Shown here: positions 27,587-39,613 of the stretch, one piece after another
Numbering within the stretch: position 1 is the first letter of the stretch
Layout of the letters: every line of letters starts with the position of its first letter
Assembly: GCF_018350175.1 (NCBI RefSeq)
Contig: NC_058373.1
Coordinates: 106,022,001 to 106,086,000, forward strand
Reading direction: 5' to 3'
Source: Felis catus
Taxonomy: Eukaryota
Length of the DNA stretch: 64,000 nucleotides
The notes under the pieces: model-generated
The model's database searches: none
Seen by the model: only the letters and a program-made list of their open reading frames with translations
Told to the model about the DNA's origin: nothing
Program-made: the position numbers and the translations under genes

Positions 27587-27806
27587 GGGGCACCTGGGTG
27601 GCTCAGTCAGTTTAGCGCCCGACTTTGGCTTAGGTCATGATCTCACACACAGATCGTGAGTTTGAGCCCTGCGTAGGGATCTATGCTGACAGCTCAGAGC
27701 CTGGAGCCTGTTTCATATTCTGTGTCTTCCTCTCTCTCTCTGCCCCTCCCCCGCTCGTGCTCGTGTGCTCGCTCTCTCAAAAACAAATTTACAAAACATT
27801 TAAAAA
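27587..27806 (+). mobile_element. CAN-SINE
   Basis: TSD aaaaatattaatg. Confidence 0.92.
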
Positions 27807-29134
27807 ATATTAATGCAACATTTTGTGCAATGAAGAAAAGTTTCAAAGCATTTTTCCCGGTTGAGCTTAGGAATGCTTACATTTGATTTATATTTTGAAG
27901 TTAGAAGACACATTGATGAAGACTGGAGATTAGTGAAAATACAAGAGAGTTAATAGTACTGGACTGTTTCTGTCATGATGAGAAAAGGGAGTGAAGTATA
28001 CAAATGGGTACAGTTCTTTGTAGCTATCCTTGTCATAACTGAGAACCCGTAGTCAGAAATTTGTGATGCTGTAAGAAACTCTCAGTGCCAAGGTTTGAAA
28101 GCATATTGTCACCAGTCTCCTATATCCTGTATTTATGGATCCCTAAAAGGAAAGCAGTAGCTTTGCTCTTTTATTCATGTGTTCTAACACCTAGAATAGT
28201 GCCTCGGCCATCATAAAACTCAACAGATATTTACTGGGTGAGTAAATGAATGAGAAGAGAAGCCAGTGATGGAGTTCAGCACTGTGAATTTTGGGGCATG
28301 ATGAGCAGAGGGATTCTGCTCCTGTCCTGCCCTTGGGAAGTCCTGTGTTCTACAGTATAGTGTCAGCACTGCTCTCAAGTTAGGTTATGTGTTACTCTGA
28401 AATGGCATTGGCATCCAGCGGTTGAGTAAGGCTTTCTTTCATCCAACAGATTTCTGGGGAGGATAGAAGACTAGGCGTAACTCTGGGTCTAAGGGGGACA
28501 GGGTAGAGTGGTCTCAGTGGTTTCAAGTCAGAAACTCAGCGACACACAAATAGAATCCATGCCACACAGCCAAGGCAAGGGAAACTGGCAGAATTGAGAT
28601 GAGGCGAGTGGTCAGGATAGGTTAGGTGTCCTTGAGCAAGAGCTTTGGGCAAGCCCAAGCATCTGGGTAATTTAGGTGTGAGGAGCCTAGAGCGGTGTTA
28701 GTCATACAGCTTGCCTTCTACATTACACCTCTGTAGTTGTGTCCTCTTCAACCAGGAAGTGCTAGTCATGTATCTGTTATTCTGGTAAATTGTAGTTATT
28801 ATATTAAGGTGGGGGGTGGGGGGAATGTACCGACTGTTCTGTCCATAGCACTCTTCAGAGTGATCTTCACTTTTTACTACCTTTGAGCTGTTTAAGAAAT
28901 CCGAAAATTGTTTTTGTTAAAAACTAGTAGCAATGCAATCGATTATGTCCTGTTGGTCATTTTTGTATCTATTTACACATATATAATCATATACGCCTTT
29001 GCTCTTTGGATTCTCTTTTGAACCTGTTGTCACATCCTATTAGTTCCTGCATTTATTAATGAGTTCAGCAAAATCTTTGACATGAGTTCATGCCATGATT
29101 TTAAAATTATCCTCTATCAATATAAAATTTTCTC

Positions 29135-29268
29135 TTATTTTTTATTTAACTCCCAGTTAGTTGACATATAGTGTAATAATGATTTCAAGAATAGAATTTA
29201 GTGATTCATCACTTACATGTGACACCCAGTGCTTATCGCAATAAGTTTCTTTTTAATGTCCATCACCA
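29135..29268 (-). mobile_element. Carnivore L1 3'-end fragment
   Basis: gaatttagtgattcatcacttacatgtgacacccagtgct...ccatcacc, homologous to the other L1 tails in the window. Confidence 0.75.
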
Positions 29269-29400
29269 AGAATTGTTTGAGAAGGGGTAGCTTATTCTAA
29301 ACGAGCTGAGATCTTTAATAATATTTTACACTGGAGTACAGGATATGATAGCAGGAAGCTCTCTGGGAAAATGTGTGTTGTTTACTGATTCTAGTAAGCT

Positions 29401-29401
<1 letters not shown>

Positions 29402-29470
<69 letters not shown>
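29402..29470. repeat. (AT)n microsatellite
   Basis: Direct reading, about 34 units. Confidence 0.97.
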
Positions 29471-29472
<2 letters not shown>

Positions 29473-30402
29473 GCATAAAGCAGAGAAGGGGAAAGAGCAG
29501 AGCTTGGGGGTCAAAAGAGGTGTTAAACTTCACATACATTCAAGGAAGAAATTCCTGTGATGTTTGAAAGGGTGATGTACAGGAGAGAAGCAGGGGCAAT
29601 GTAAGTGTAATCCAAGACTTGAAAAACAGTGCTCTAAATGGGTCTTAAACTTCCCACAAAGTTTCTTGGCTAGTGAGCCTAGGTTCTATTCACCCAGTTT
29701 TAATTCTGTTAACTTGTATTGATGTTTAAGAGATAAAGCATCCTCAATCTTACAATAATACAACCTATTTTATTATTGAGTTTATGGCCAATGTTGTTAC
29801 AATATGTGTACTTAATAAGACAGGAGCTAGGCATGTTTATGCTTCATGAGACATGGATCTTTTATTCTAAATCATAAATGTTATTTGTTGTGAACATTCA
29901 AGAAAGCAAGAACTTGTTCTGTTTCATCTTGGGGAGATATTTTGGTCAGAAATCTTCCAGATGCTCTCCTGGTAGAAATTGTCTTAAGTTATGCATCACT
30001 GGCATGTGAGAAGATCCCTTTCATAGGGATCTAGATATATTTGTTGGAGTTATTTTTGCAAAAAGTGGACATGAGGGTGTGATAAACTTACGGAAAATTT
30101 GAGATTTATTTATGAATTGAAGATAAACTTATGCTATACAGCCAGTGGAGAATTTTTTGCTTGGTATAGAGAAGACTTTGGGTGGACATAATAATTTTAT
30201 TCAACTTGTTTTGAATATTTGCAGAGTTATTGCTCAGAGGAGAAATTAGACTCTTCCATGCAGTTCCTGAGGGCAAAACTAAGGCCAACAAGTGCTTGAA
30301 GTTTTGAGGAGACACCTGTCAATTCAGTCTAAGGTGGATTTTCTAACAGTCAATTAGGGTTATGGTTCTTGGACTCCTTGAAGCCTTCTCTCAGAGAACA
30401 TA

Positions 30403-30420
30403 CGGCCATCTGCTGGCGGC
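30403..30420 (-). promoter_or_regulatory. Candidate CTCF-binding motif
   Basis: The minus strand reads CCGCCAGCAGATGGCCG, matching the CCASYAGRKGGC core. Confidence 0.4.
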
Positions 30421-31347
30421 CTTATACGAGGGACCCCTGTGAGGGGAAACTTGGACTCGGGTGTCTCTAGGGTCAAAGGCCTCACTGTATAATTATGATG
30501 GCTTTCCTTAGAAAACATACAGATGTTCTGCAGCACCAGGAAAAAATGGGGAAGAGGATTTGCTGCTCAGACATGGCTGTAAGTGCTAAATATGAAAGCC
30601 ATTGTTATTGCAAGTCACCCTCCAGTCTTTCCAGAAAATGACTGACATTCTGAGGCTTAGGAGGAGGTGTTGGGTTTCCTGCCAGACGCAGAAGCCGCTG
30701 TTCTGTAATCATTCTTCGTGTGGGCCCAACCGGATTTGGGCAGCAGATGCACTTGATGTGTAATTGTGGCAGTGGCCAAAAATGTAACCAGGATTGGCAG
30801 CCCCAGGGACCACATGACTATCTTGAAATGTGACAACATAAGAATTATTTTTTGAAACCAACTGCCTCCCTTTGGCAAGTTTCAAGTGTGGGGTGTAGTT
30901 TTAGCCCCACTGATAGGGGTTACAGGGAAGGGCTGTTGGAGGGACTGAGGAAAGCAATAGTCTCGGGAACCCAGGTTTGTGGACCTGCTGGTTCTTCTCT
31001 TCCCAGTGAACAGTAAGACAGAAAGATTTGGAGGCAAAAAAATCAGGATTTAAAAGACCGAATGATGCCATGCAGTTTTAAAAGTGAGGATTAAACCACT
31101 TTCAAGGTATAGTGAGCTTGGTAAGAAGGTGGACTTTTCAGGCAGGGCAGGTCCTGCCTCTTCGCTAGACAACAGTGCCAGTTCCTGGGCGAATTCCCCA
31201 TACTTGAAGAGCTGATCCTAACTTAGAGCCGGGGTTCACTGCAGATGGAGTGCCTTGAAGGAGAGGAGAAAACCTGGAAAATCATTGATGACCAACTTGG
31301 AACGGTGATGCACCCCTGCCCTCTTGAGAGCCAGGCTTATTCTAGCA

Positions 31348-31570
31348 CAGGGGGTGACAAACTATGGCCCGTGGGCCAAATCTAGCCACTTAACTGTTTT
31401 TGTAAATAAAGCGTTACTGACACAGGGCAGTGCTCCTTCACCCAAGCGTAGTTGGAGCTGCTCTCACACCTTAGAGTGGCAGAACCAAGTGGTCGCAACA
31501 GACTCCGTGGTCCCCGGAGCCTGAAATCTTTGTTATGGGGGACTTTACGGAAGAAGCTGGCCAGCGCCTG
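31348..31570 (+). mobile_element. MER58A (hAT-Charlie MITE)
   Basis: caggggg...aaactatggcccgtgggccaaatc...tgtttttgtaaataaag...ctttacggaagaag...cctg. Confidence 0.8.
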
Positions 31571-31980
31571 GTCTGTCAGGTTATTCCACCGTGACCTTCT
31601 TAGGAGAGGATGCTGATTACACTGTTACTGAGTCAGGAGGGAAAGTTGGCAGAAGTTATTAGCAAGGTCTTCCACACAGTACTTTCCACCTTCCATCCCA
31701 CCTGCTCTTCCTTCCCTGTTCCTCGGACCTGTTTCCCGTTGTTCACTTGAGCTTATTAGAGGACATACACATTGGGGAGTCATACCTAATAGGATAAAAT
31801 ATCTTGGCCTGTCTGCCCCTTTCTCGTTAGTATTCTGTAAAAATTCTAGGTGTAGAGTAAATTTATTTAACACCTGTTTCATTCATCAGTGTATGGGGCT
31901 GGGTCCACGACATCCAAAATAGTAATGACAATTTAATGCAACAGGTAACTATTTTGATCATAAACAAGGGGTAGGATTTC

Positions 31981-32201
31981 TTTTTTTTTTTTTTTTTTCA
32001 ACGTTTATTTATTTTTGGGACAGGGAGAGACAGAGCATGAACGGGGGAGGGGCAGAGAGAGAGGGAGACACAGAATCGGAAACAGGCTCCAGGCTCTGAG
32101 CCATCAGCCCAGAGCCTGACGCGGGGCTCGAACTCACGGACCGCGAGATCGTGACCTGGCTGAAGTCGGTCGCTTAACCGACTGTGCCACCCAGGCGCCC
32201 C
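31981..32201 (-). mobile_element. Young felid CAN-SINE (SINEC_Fc-like)
   Basis: Perfect TSD aacaaggggtaggatttctt, clean poly-A tail, CpGs intact. Confidence 0.96.
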
Positions 32202-33855
32202 AACAAGGGGTAGGATTTCTTGATCCTATATATAATCACAGTTAACATGTTTTCTAGTAGTGTCTTCTTTATAAGTGGAACAAGCTTTGATTAGTATTTA
32301 GTTACCTTTACCTGTGATAAAAATGACCAGAATGAACTCTACTCTGTATCATACCGAAACAATGCCTTTCTGCTGTTGAAGTTCATTTAGTTAAATCTTA
32401 ATACGTCTCTCCTGTCGTTGAGTCGATGGTACTCGTATACGTTGTTAGAGGATTTTTAGCCAATATAGGCAGTGAAAGAATGTGTCTTCCACAAGTATTC
32501 TCTAAGAATCTCAGGGGTTTGTAACAGTGAACGTGGAGATTTATGGCTTTAGTTGGCCAAGTGCATATTCTTCAGCCTGTGATTTGTGGTCTCATGAACA
32601 ACCACAAAACACGTCCTTTGCAATTAATTGCCCTTTGTAAAGCCTATTTTGGGTCTTACTAACAGCATCCGAAACTGAAGAAAAACTCTACCAGTTCTTA
32701 CATATTACTACTTGGAAAATGATCCTATTAAAAATTTGCCCTGTGGTAATTTCAAAAGAAGTCATTCTTAAAGACTTAATTTTCAAACTGTGCTTTGAGT
32801 CTCACTGAAAGACTTTAGGCGCTACTAAGAAATTGTTTGCCACCCAAAAATGAAAGTGTGGAAATTTCAAAAATTTTAATATCCTTCGAGTACATAAGTT
32901 TTAGTCCAAATCATAAAATTTCTTTGCATAAACATTTGATATTAGGGTTGTAGTGTGTTTTAGAAATAGAAAATCCCGTGAGAAGACAGTAGCAAAATGT
33001 TTTTATTTTTTTATTTTATTTCTTTGTCTGATAAAGGAAATTTTATTTAATTTTTTTTTGTTTTTAATTTTGCTCTTTGATTTCTTTTTTTTTTTTAATT
33101 TTATTAATTTATATCCAAATTAGTTCGTGTAGAGTGCAACAATGATTTATTTGCTGTGGGGAGCAGGGTGGTGCCCCAGGTGTAGAGAACAGAGACATCC
33201 CAAATGTCACGGGATCTTGTTGACTTGATGATGCATTTCATGTTACATAGAACATCTTAAAAAGCACTTGTCTTAACAGAACATACAGAGCTTTAACGCT
33301 TCTATTTTAACTGTGAAAGATAGTGCATGTACTCGGCAAAATAGAAGTTTGAATTATACAACAGTTTATAAGTGAAAGACCTTTCTTATTGCTACCCAAA
33401 GGTAGCCATTGTTCAATTTTCCTGTATATATTTCCAGAAATGTTTGTATGTTAAGTGTACATGTTTTTTCTACAGATGAGAAATCATATTCTGAGGCATC
33501 CTCCCCCCTCCCCATACTATATTTGGCCATTTTGAATGTCATTACATAATTCTACTTCATTCTGTGTTACTGCCACAAAGTAATTTATTCACCCATCTCC
33601 CTTTCCATATATTTGTTCGCTTTGTTATTTGGCTGATTCAAACAGCACTGCGGTGAAAAATATCTTTGTAGTATACATCTATGCAGTGTAAATATACAAT
33701 TGTGGGCTGACTTCCTGAAAGTAGACTTAAAGGAGGGTCAAAGGCTGTGTGTGTGGTTTTCAGTTTGAACAGTTACTGCCAAATGTCCCTCCGAACTGGT
33801 TGGTCCGATTTTTACATAACATAGGACTTAGAATGGCCATAGCTGCAGCACATTC

Positions 33856-34000
33856 ACAGCGTGGAGCCTGCCTGGGATTCTCTCCCCCTCTCTCTGCTCC
33901 TCCCCCTCTCGTGTTCCTCTGCTCCTCCCCCTTGCTCACACATGTGCTTGTATGCACTTTCTTTCTCCGAATGAATAAAACATTAAAAAAAAAAAAAAAA
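33856..34000 (+). mobile_element. 5'-truncated CAN-SINE
   Basis: Only the 3' half and poly-A remain; TSD agaatgg(c/t)catagctg. Confidence 0.85.
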
Positions 34001-34049
34001 GAATGGTCATAGCTGGAGATTTTGAAACAGTATCCTTATCATCCTAGCT

Positions 34050-34285
34050 AACATTTATTAAGCATGTTCTGTGTGTACTGTTCTCGGTGCTTCCTTTACT
34101 TGTAATAACCTATTGAATCTTCACAATGACCCTGCGGAGTAGGCACCCATTTTACAGATAAGGAAACTAAAACTGAGTCATACAGGAAGGTTACTTAACT
34201 AAAACGGAGTCATATAGGAAGGTTACTTAACTTGCCTGCCTATACATCACCATAAGTAGTGAGAGGCTGAAGATTCGAATATATT
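34050..34285 (-). mobile_element. MIR with an internal 32-bp tandem duplication
   Basis: Core cccattttacagataaggaaact; 34165-34196 is repeated at 34197-34228 with 2 mismatches. Confidence 0.7.
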
Positions 34286-34576
34286 TCTGTTGGTGATGGA
34301 AGACGAACACAGCCAGCTTGGATTGGTAGAGATGATTCACAAGATGAGAGACAGAAGTCTGGGACATAGCTGTGAATGTTTACCTCAGGAAGAGTACAAA
34401 GAAATAATGCAAAATTTATTCTTGTGGGCAAAGTGATGTGGAGAAAAATAAATGTACTCTTAGGCCTTTTAAGAGAATCGGGGAGGCTCTCTTAGAATTT
34501 TTTTTCACTAGCCACTGACCAGAGATTTGGAATAAAAAATTGTACCAGTTGAAAATGAGGCCAAGTTAGAAAACCG

Positions 34577-34579
<3 letters not shown>

Positions 34580-34628
<49 letters not shown>
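34580..34628. repeat. (TG)n microsatellite
   Basis: Direct reading. Confidence 0.97.
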
Positions 34629-34630
<2 letters not shown>

Positions 34631-35574
34631 ATCTTCTAAATGAGTTGGTTAATTAAAGCCTGGTTTTTTAAAAACGTCAATTTCTTGGTTGTCCCTTGTG
34701 CCATACCAGTTTCGTTTTCTAGCAAAAGGGTTTTTGTTTTGTTTTGACAATGGAAGAAAAGTAGATAACAAGAAAAGAGTTTAATGCTAGTCAGGCAGAA
34801 AGCAAAGCTCGGGGTGTCCCTCCGGCAGGTCTTGTCTGTCAATATTGTCTAATTCATGGTGTCAACCTACCAAGGAAACAGAGTGAGTTGGATTAAAGAA
34901 ATAGTAAAACTAGTGTTGGGCACCCCACCCCCCACCCCCGGCCAATTACCTTATACAAGAAGTAGCTGTTGAAAGTTAAGTGTTTTAAATAATTGGGTCA
35001 CTGAACAACATAAATTTTAAAAAATGATTTGTTTTAAGAAATTGGGCCCTCAACCTGAGTACAGTACACGCTGGTTTTCTGTGACCACTATTAGAATTCC
35101 ATAGAATCTTACAGCTTATGGGGACTTTAGAAACAGTCTTGTCTTACCCTCTTGATTTGGAGAGAGAAAAATGAGGCCCAGAGATAATTAAACTTGCCAA
35201 GAAATACTGATTAAGTACACCAAAAAGTAGGTTTTGGGATCTCATCTTCAGATGGCCAATCTGGGCATTTTCCCACCATACCATCGCTCTGAAAATAAGT
35301 GATGTTTGCAAGTATTATCTAAATGTTAAATTTTCTGATGATTACTAACATAAAATGTTGATATCAATTTAGTGCTAATTATTTAATAGACCTAAAGATA
35401 GGCATATAAGCATAAATGTTTGTAACAATTTGAAAAGGAATCAAAACTAGATTTTCATATAAATTATCCTTTCTATGGGTAGAATAAAAAAGGATTTAAT
35501 GTGATTGCTAGAATTTGTATTCTCATGGGGCAAACCTTCTCTAGGTGTCATTAAGTGCTACTCACAATATTTTA

Positions 35575-35793
35575 ATTTTTTTAATTAAAAACATTTTTTA
35601 ATGTTTATTCATTTCTTGAGAGAAAGCGAGCGAGCGTGAATGGGGGAGGGACAAAGAGAGAGGGAGACAGAGAATCTGAAGCAGGCCCCAGGCTGTAAGC
35701 TGTCAGCACAGAGCCTGACGCAGAGCTCGAACCCACGAACCATGAGATCATGACCTGAAGTCTGACACTTAAACAAATGAGTCACCCAGGCGC
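35575..35793 (-). mobile_element. CAN-SINE
   Basis: Antisense SINE body; flanks tactcacaat/tacccacaat. Confidence 0.9.
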
Positions 35794-37797
35794 ATCATAC
35801 CCACAATCTGTTTTAAAAGGGGAAAATAGAACTTTTTAAAAGAATATAGAATGAAACCAATAATCTCGCTTATTAGAGAAAATTTCTAATGGGATCAGTC
35901 AAGGCAGTCAAAAGCAGGGTTAGATGTATATGGTTTAAGGAGGGATTTGTTTGCAATCCCAGTGTCCAGAACTGCTCTGTGCTATCACAGCTCATCTTCA
36001 CGCAGTCTTGAGAAATCCCCATGAAGGCGGCTGTTAGACTGGTGGATAATGGAACAGGAGAACAAGTTAGGGAAAAGCTTCATAAGTGCTGTCTGTATGC
36101 ATGCATCTAAATAGATAAGGCATTGATAAAGGGGCCAAAGAGTTCCCGCAGAAAAAGTCTAGAGAGAGGGATCAGAGCTAATCCAAGCAGGACATCAGAC
36201 CTTAGAATAATGTTCAGAATGAGGGTGATATTCAGAAATGTTGAATATAGCAAAAATAGCAATAAAATTTGGGGAAAAGCAGTCATTTCTGGCCACTAAC
36301 CATGTTTGAGTTTCTCATACAGTAAGGTGGTTAAGAGTGAAAGGCCAGTTTCTCACTCAGTATGTATTGCTTGTGATTAATCTGAGGTCTATTCTTAGGA
36401 AAGAGGTTGCCCTGGTTCTTTCTCACTGGCCCTGAATTTCTAGTGGGGGGACCTTTGGCAACTCACCCGTCTTCTCTTTGCCCCTGTTTCCTTCTCACTA
36501 AAATGAGTGCGGTGACTTCCTGCCCCACCCAGTAGATCACATGAAGAGCACAGAGTGTAGAACGGTTTTTGACACAATAGGCTGTGCATGTGTCATTACT
36601 GCTGCTGCTTCCCTTACAGCTGAGACAATTTATGCAATCTTGTTTATTTTTCCACTTGTTTTTCCATAACAAATAAAAAAGAAGGGAGGCAGATGGTTCA
36701 AAGAAGAACACATGTCAGAGGCTGGTAACACCTAGGACCCAGTTGCTTCCCAGGAACATCAGACGTACTTTCATCAGCAGTTTCTTTCACGGACTTCTTA
36801 GGAGACAGTCTTCCCCTCGGCGTGTCTCAGTGTCCCGTGCTCTTTTGGGGGGGGGGGATTCCCGAGAACAATTGCATGCATCTCTTCCCGGCCTGTGTCT
36901 CTGCATAACAGCAGCCGCACAACATAGGAACAGAGAGTTGATTCGCAGATGTGTTTCACTTGGCTCCTGGAGCACACATCTGTGTAGAAGAGCCAGGATC
37001 GCACAGAGGAAACTGGAGACACGTTGCCAAAATGAAGAACTCTGAGGATCACCCCCAGGAATATAGTGATAACAGTACTTTTACGAGAAGCTTTTGTATA
37101 CGTTAGCTCATTTGATTTTCTCAGCGCTGAGGCATGTGAAATAAAAATGAAGCTGTCTTCCCCCTATTTTGACTACAGTATCTAGGTCTACTCTTAATAT
37201 GTTTACATTATTAAAGCATTTCCAAAGTGTAAAGATTTCTCTCCCTATGCTAATCTTCAGCTTCTAAAATGGTCTCCTGCTCTGTTAACTGCGACTATTA
37301 AGCTTACAACAGATGGGCTCTCGCGGGACCCCAGACAGGGGACAGAATTTTGTTGTAGTTTTGGACATTTGCCCTAGTTTGAGGGACTAGAAAGACCTGG
37401 CACCTTCTATTTCATTTTATAGGTTCAAATACCGTTGGCTATCACTGTGGGTTTTGGCTTGCTGAATGCACTGGTAACTGGGGTTTTGCTAACTTTAATT
37501 CTCCATTTTAGGAGGAGAGAAGGGTTCAGCATTTACACTGCCATTGTAACTATTTTGTTAACATGTTAAATAATAGTCAAGGACTGTTCTAAAAACTCAT
37601 CAGATTTCTTAAGCTTTTTAAAACCGTGCAAGTGTAATACAGTCTAACTTCAAAGCTGCTGCTATAGCCTTTGTCCCCATCATCTGGCTTGTTCAGTCTC
37701 CAGATGAGTTCCGATATTCTTTACTGCCAGCCTTTAAGGCACCGTAAGCACTGATTACTTTGCCTTCTTTTTGTGACTACTTAAAGAATAGTTTTGA

Positions 37798-38139
37798 GAG
37801 GCACCTGGGTGACTCAGTTGTTAAGCCTCTGACTTACGCTCAGCTCATGATCTCACAGTTCTCGAGTTCAAGCCCCACATTGGGCTCTCTTCTGTCAGCC
37901 CAGAGCCTGCTTCGGATCTTCTGTTCCCCTCTCTCTCTGTCCCTTCCCCTTCTCAAAAACAAATAAACATTTTTTAAAAGCATGGGCGGTGGGGGGGGGG
38001 GGGGGTGGGGGGCGGCGCCTGGGTGGCTCATTTGGGTAAGCATCCAACTCTTGATTTTGGCTCAGGTCATAATCTCACGGTTTTGCCGGTTTGAGCCCCA
38101 CGGGGCCCTCTTGCACTAACCTCGCAGAGCCTGCTTGAG

Positions 38140-38191
<52 letters not shown>

Positions 38192-38208
38192 AAATACACT
38201 TAAAAAAA
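37798..38208 (+). mobile_element. Two tandem CAN-SINEs joined by a G-run
   Basis: SINE 37798-37979, G-rich linker, SINE 38010-38208; outer TSD aaagaatagttttga. Confidence 0.9.
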
Positions 38209-39129
38209 AGAATAGTTTTGAAATGACATTTCTTTTATCTCACCCCATAGACCTGCCTCAAAAGATTTGCTTAGAAAAAGTGTTTTTGAGATAAAGTATA
38301 GGACTGAAATGAAAAGTCCCACCTTGAAACTGCTATCTCAAGGACTGAGATTCTTGACATCAGTTAATGGGTAGTGACTACTTCATTGTCTTGTAGCAAT
38401 GTACCTGGCCCAGCACCTTCCCCAAGGGGACAGGGAATAGCAGTTGTACCAAGGTGTTCTCTGAATGTGAAGCTAAAGACTGAAATTGCCCTCTGAGTCT
38501 GTTTGATCACACAAATGACTTACAGCCACATAGGTTTGCAAACATGCCTGGAAAGCCCCAACTCCAATGCCGTCTTCTGATGAACTCAGTGTTGCCGTGG
38601 AGCCGAAGCCACAGCCCCCTAATTTTGGGGGGGAGGTGAGGGTTCAGGCTGGCAGGATGCTGCCATCCACAGAAGCCCTGAGGGCCCTGGTGCTGGCTTC
38701 ATGTCACCCTGTTTTGTAAGATGAGTAATGTGTGTTCATTTTACTACTTTCCATCCACTGTCCGGCTTTGTTCTACCTTCTCATCTGAAGCAGTACCTAG
38801 TTTTGGTTACATCAAATGAAACCCTTCAAAATTTTTACTGTCTTCTGGAGTCTGAATAAACTAACTAAAAAAGTTTAATTAACAGCTGGCCAAATCCTGT
38901 GGTCATTTTTTAAGACAACTTTCCTTCTTTTGTGGATTTCATCCAGACATATAATTGAGCAATACTGTCCTCAGTGTGACACAGAGATCCTTTGTGAGAT
39001 CCTTTGTCCTCACAAAACACACTGTGCCCTTCCCAGTACTATTGTGTCCCCGAAGGAAAGCAGTATCATAACATGGTGTGGCTGAGTTCCCACTTAAATC
39101 CTCCTACAGTCAATAACACCGTAACAACT

Positions 39130-39262
39130 TTTGTGGTGACAGATGGTAACTAGACTTACTGTGGTTGCCATTCCGTATTGTTTATAAATGTCGCATCACT
39201 ACGTTGTACACCTGAAACTAATACAGTGTTTTATGCCCTTTGTTCTACAGTTTTTAAAAAAA
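39130..39262 (+). mobile_element. L1 3'-end fragment
   Basis: gtggtgacagatggtaactagactt...cactacgttgtacacctgaaactaata. Confidence 0.75.
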
Positions 39263-39541
39263 TATACGCTACAAAAGTGATAAAATAGTAAATTTCTCTT
39301 GATGCATGCTTCAGAAAATGTCCCCTTGTCACCCCTAACTCTGACTTTCGCACTGTCTTGTGTCTAGCCAAGTGGACAGTCAGCTGATTAAAGCCAACAT
39401 TTGAAGACAGATATCTTCGATCTCATTGTCTTCTAATGTCTTCTATGTAGGCCATTGCCTAGATGCTATGAAAGTCAGATGTGCTTATGGCCATTGTGAG
39501 TACATATCTGACTGTGTGTTACTTTTTTTCTTTCTATCTAG

Positions 39542-39613
39542 GACCAGGAAGAAAACAAGGGAGCAACAAGTTGGCCTGAATTCTACATTGATCAGCTCAA
39601 TTCCATGGCTGCT
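39542..39613 (+). CDS. DAAM1: DAAM1 coding exon (DQEENKGATSWPEFYIDQLNSMAA)
   Basis: Acceptor tttctatctag, 72 nt, phase 0-0, donor GCT|gtaggt; continues the previous exon in frame. Confidence 0.96.
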
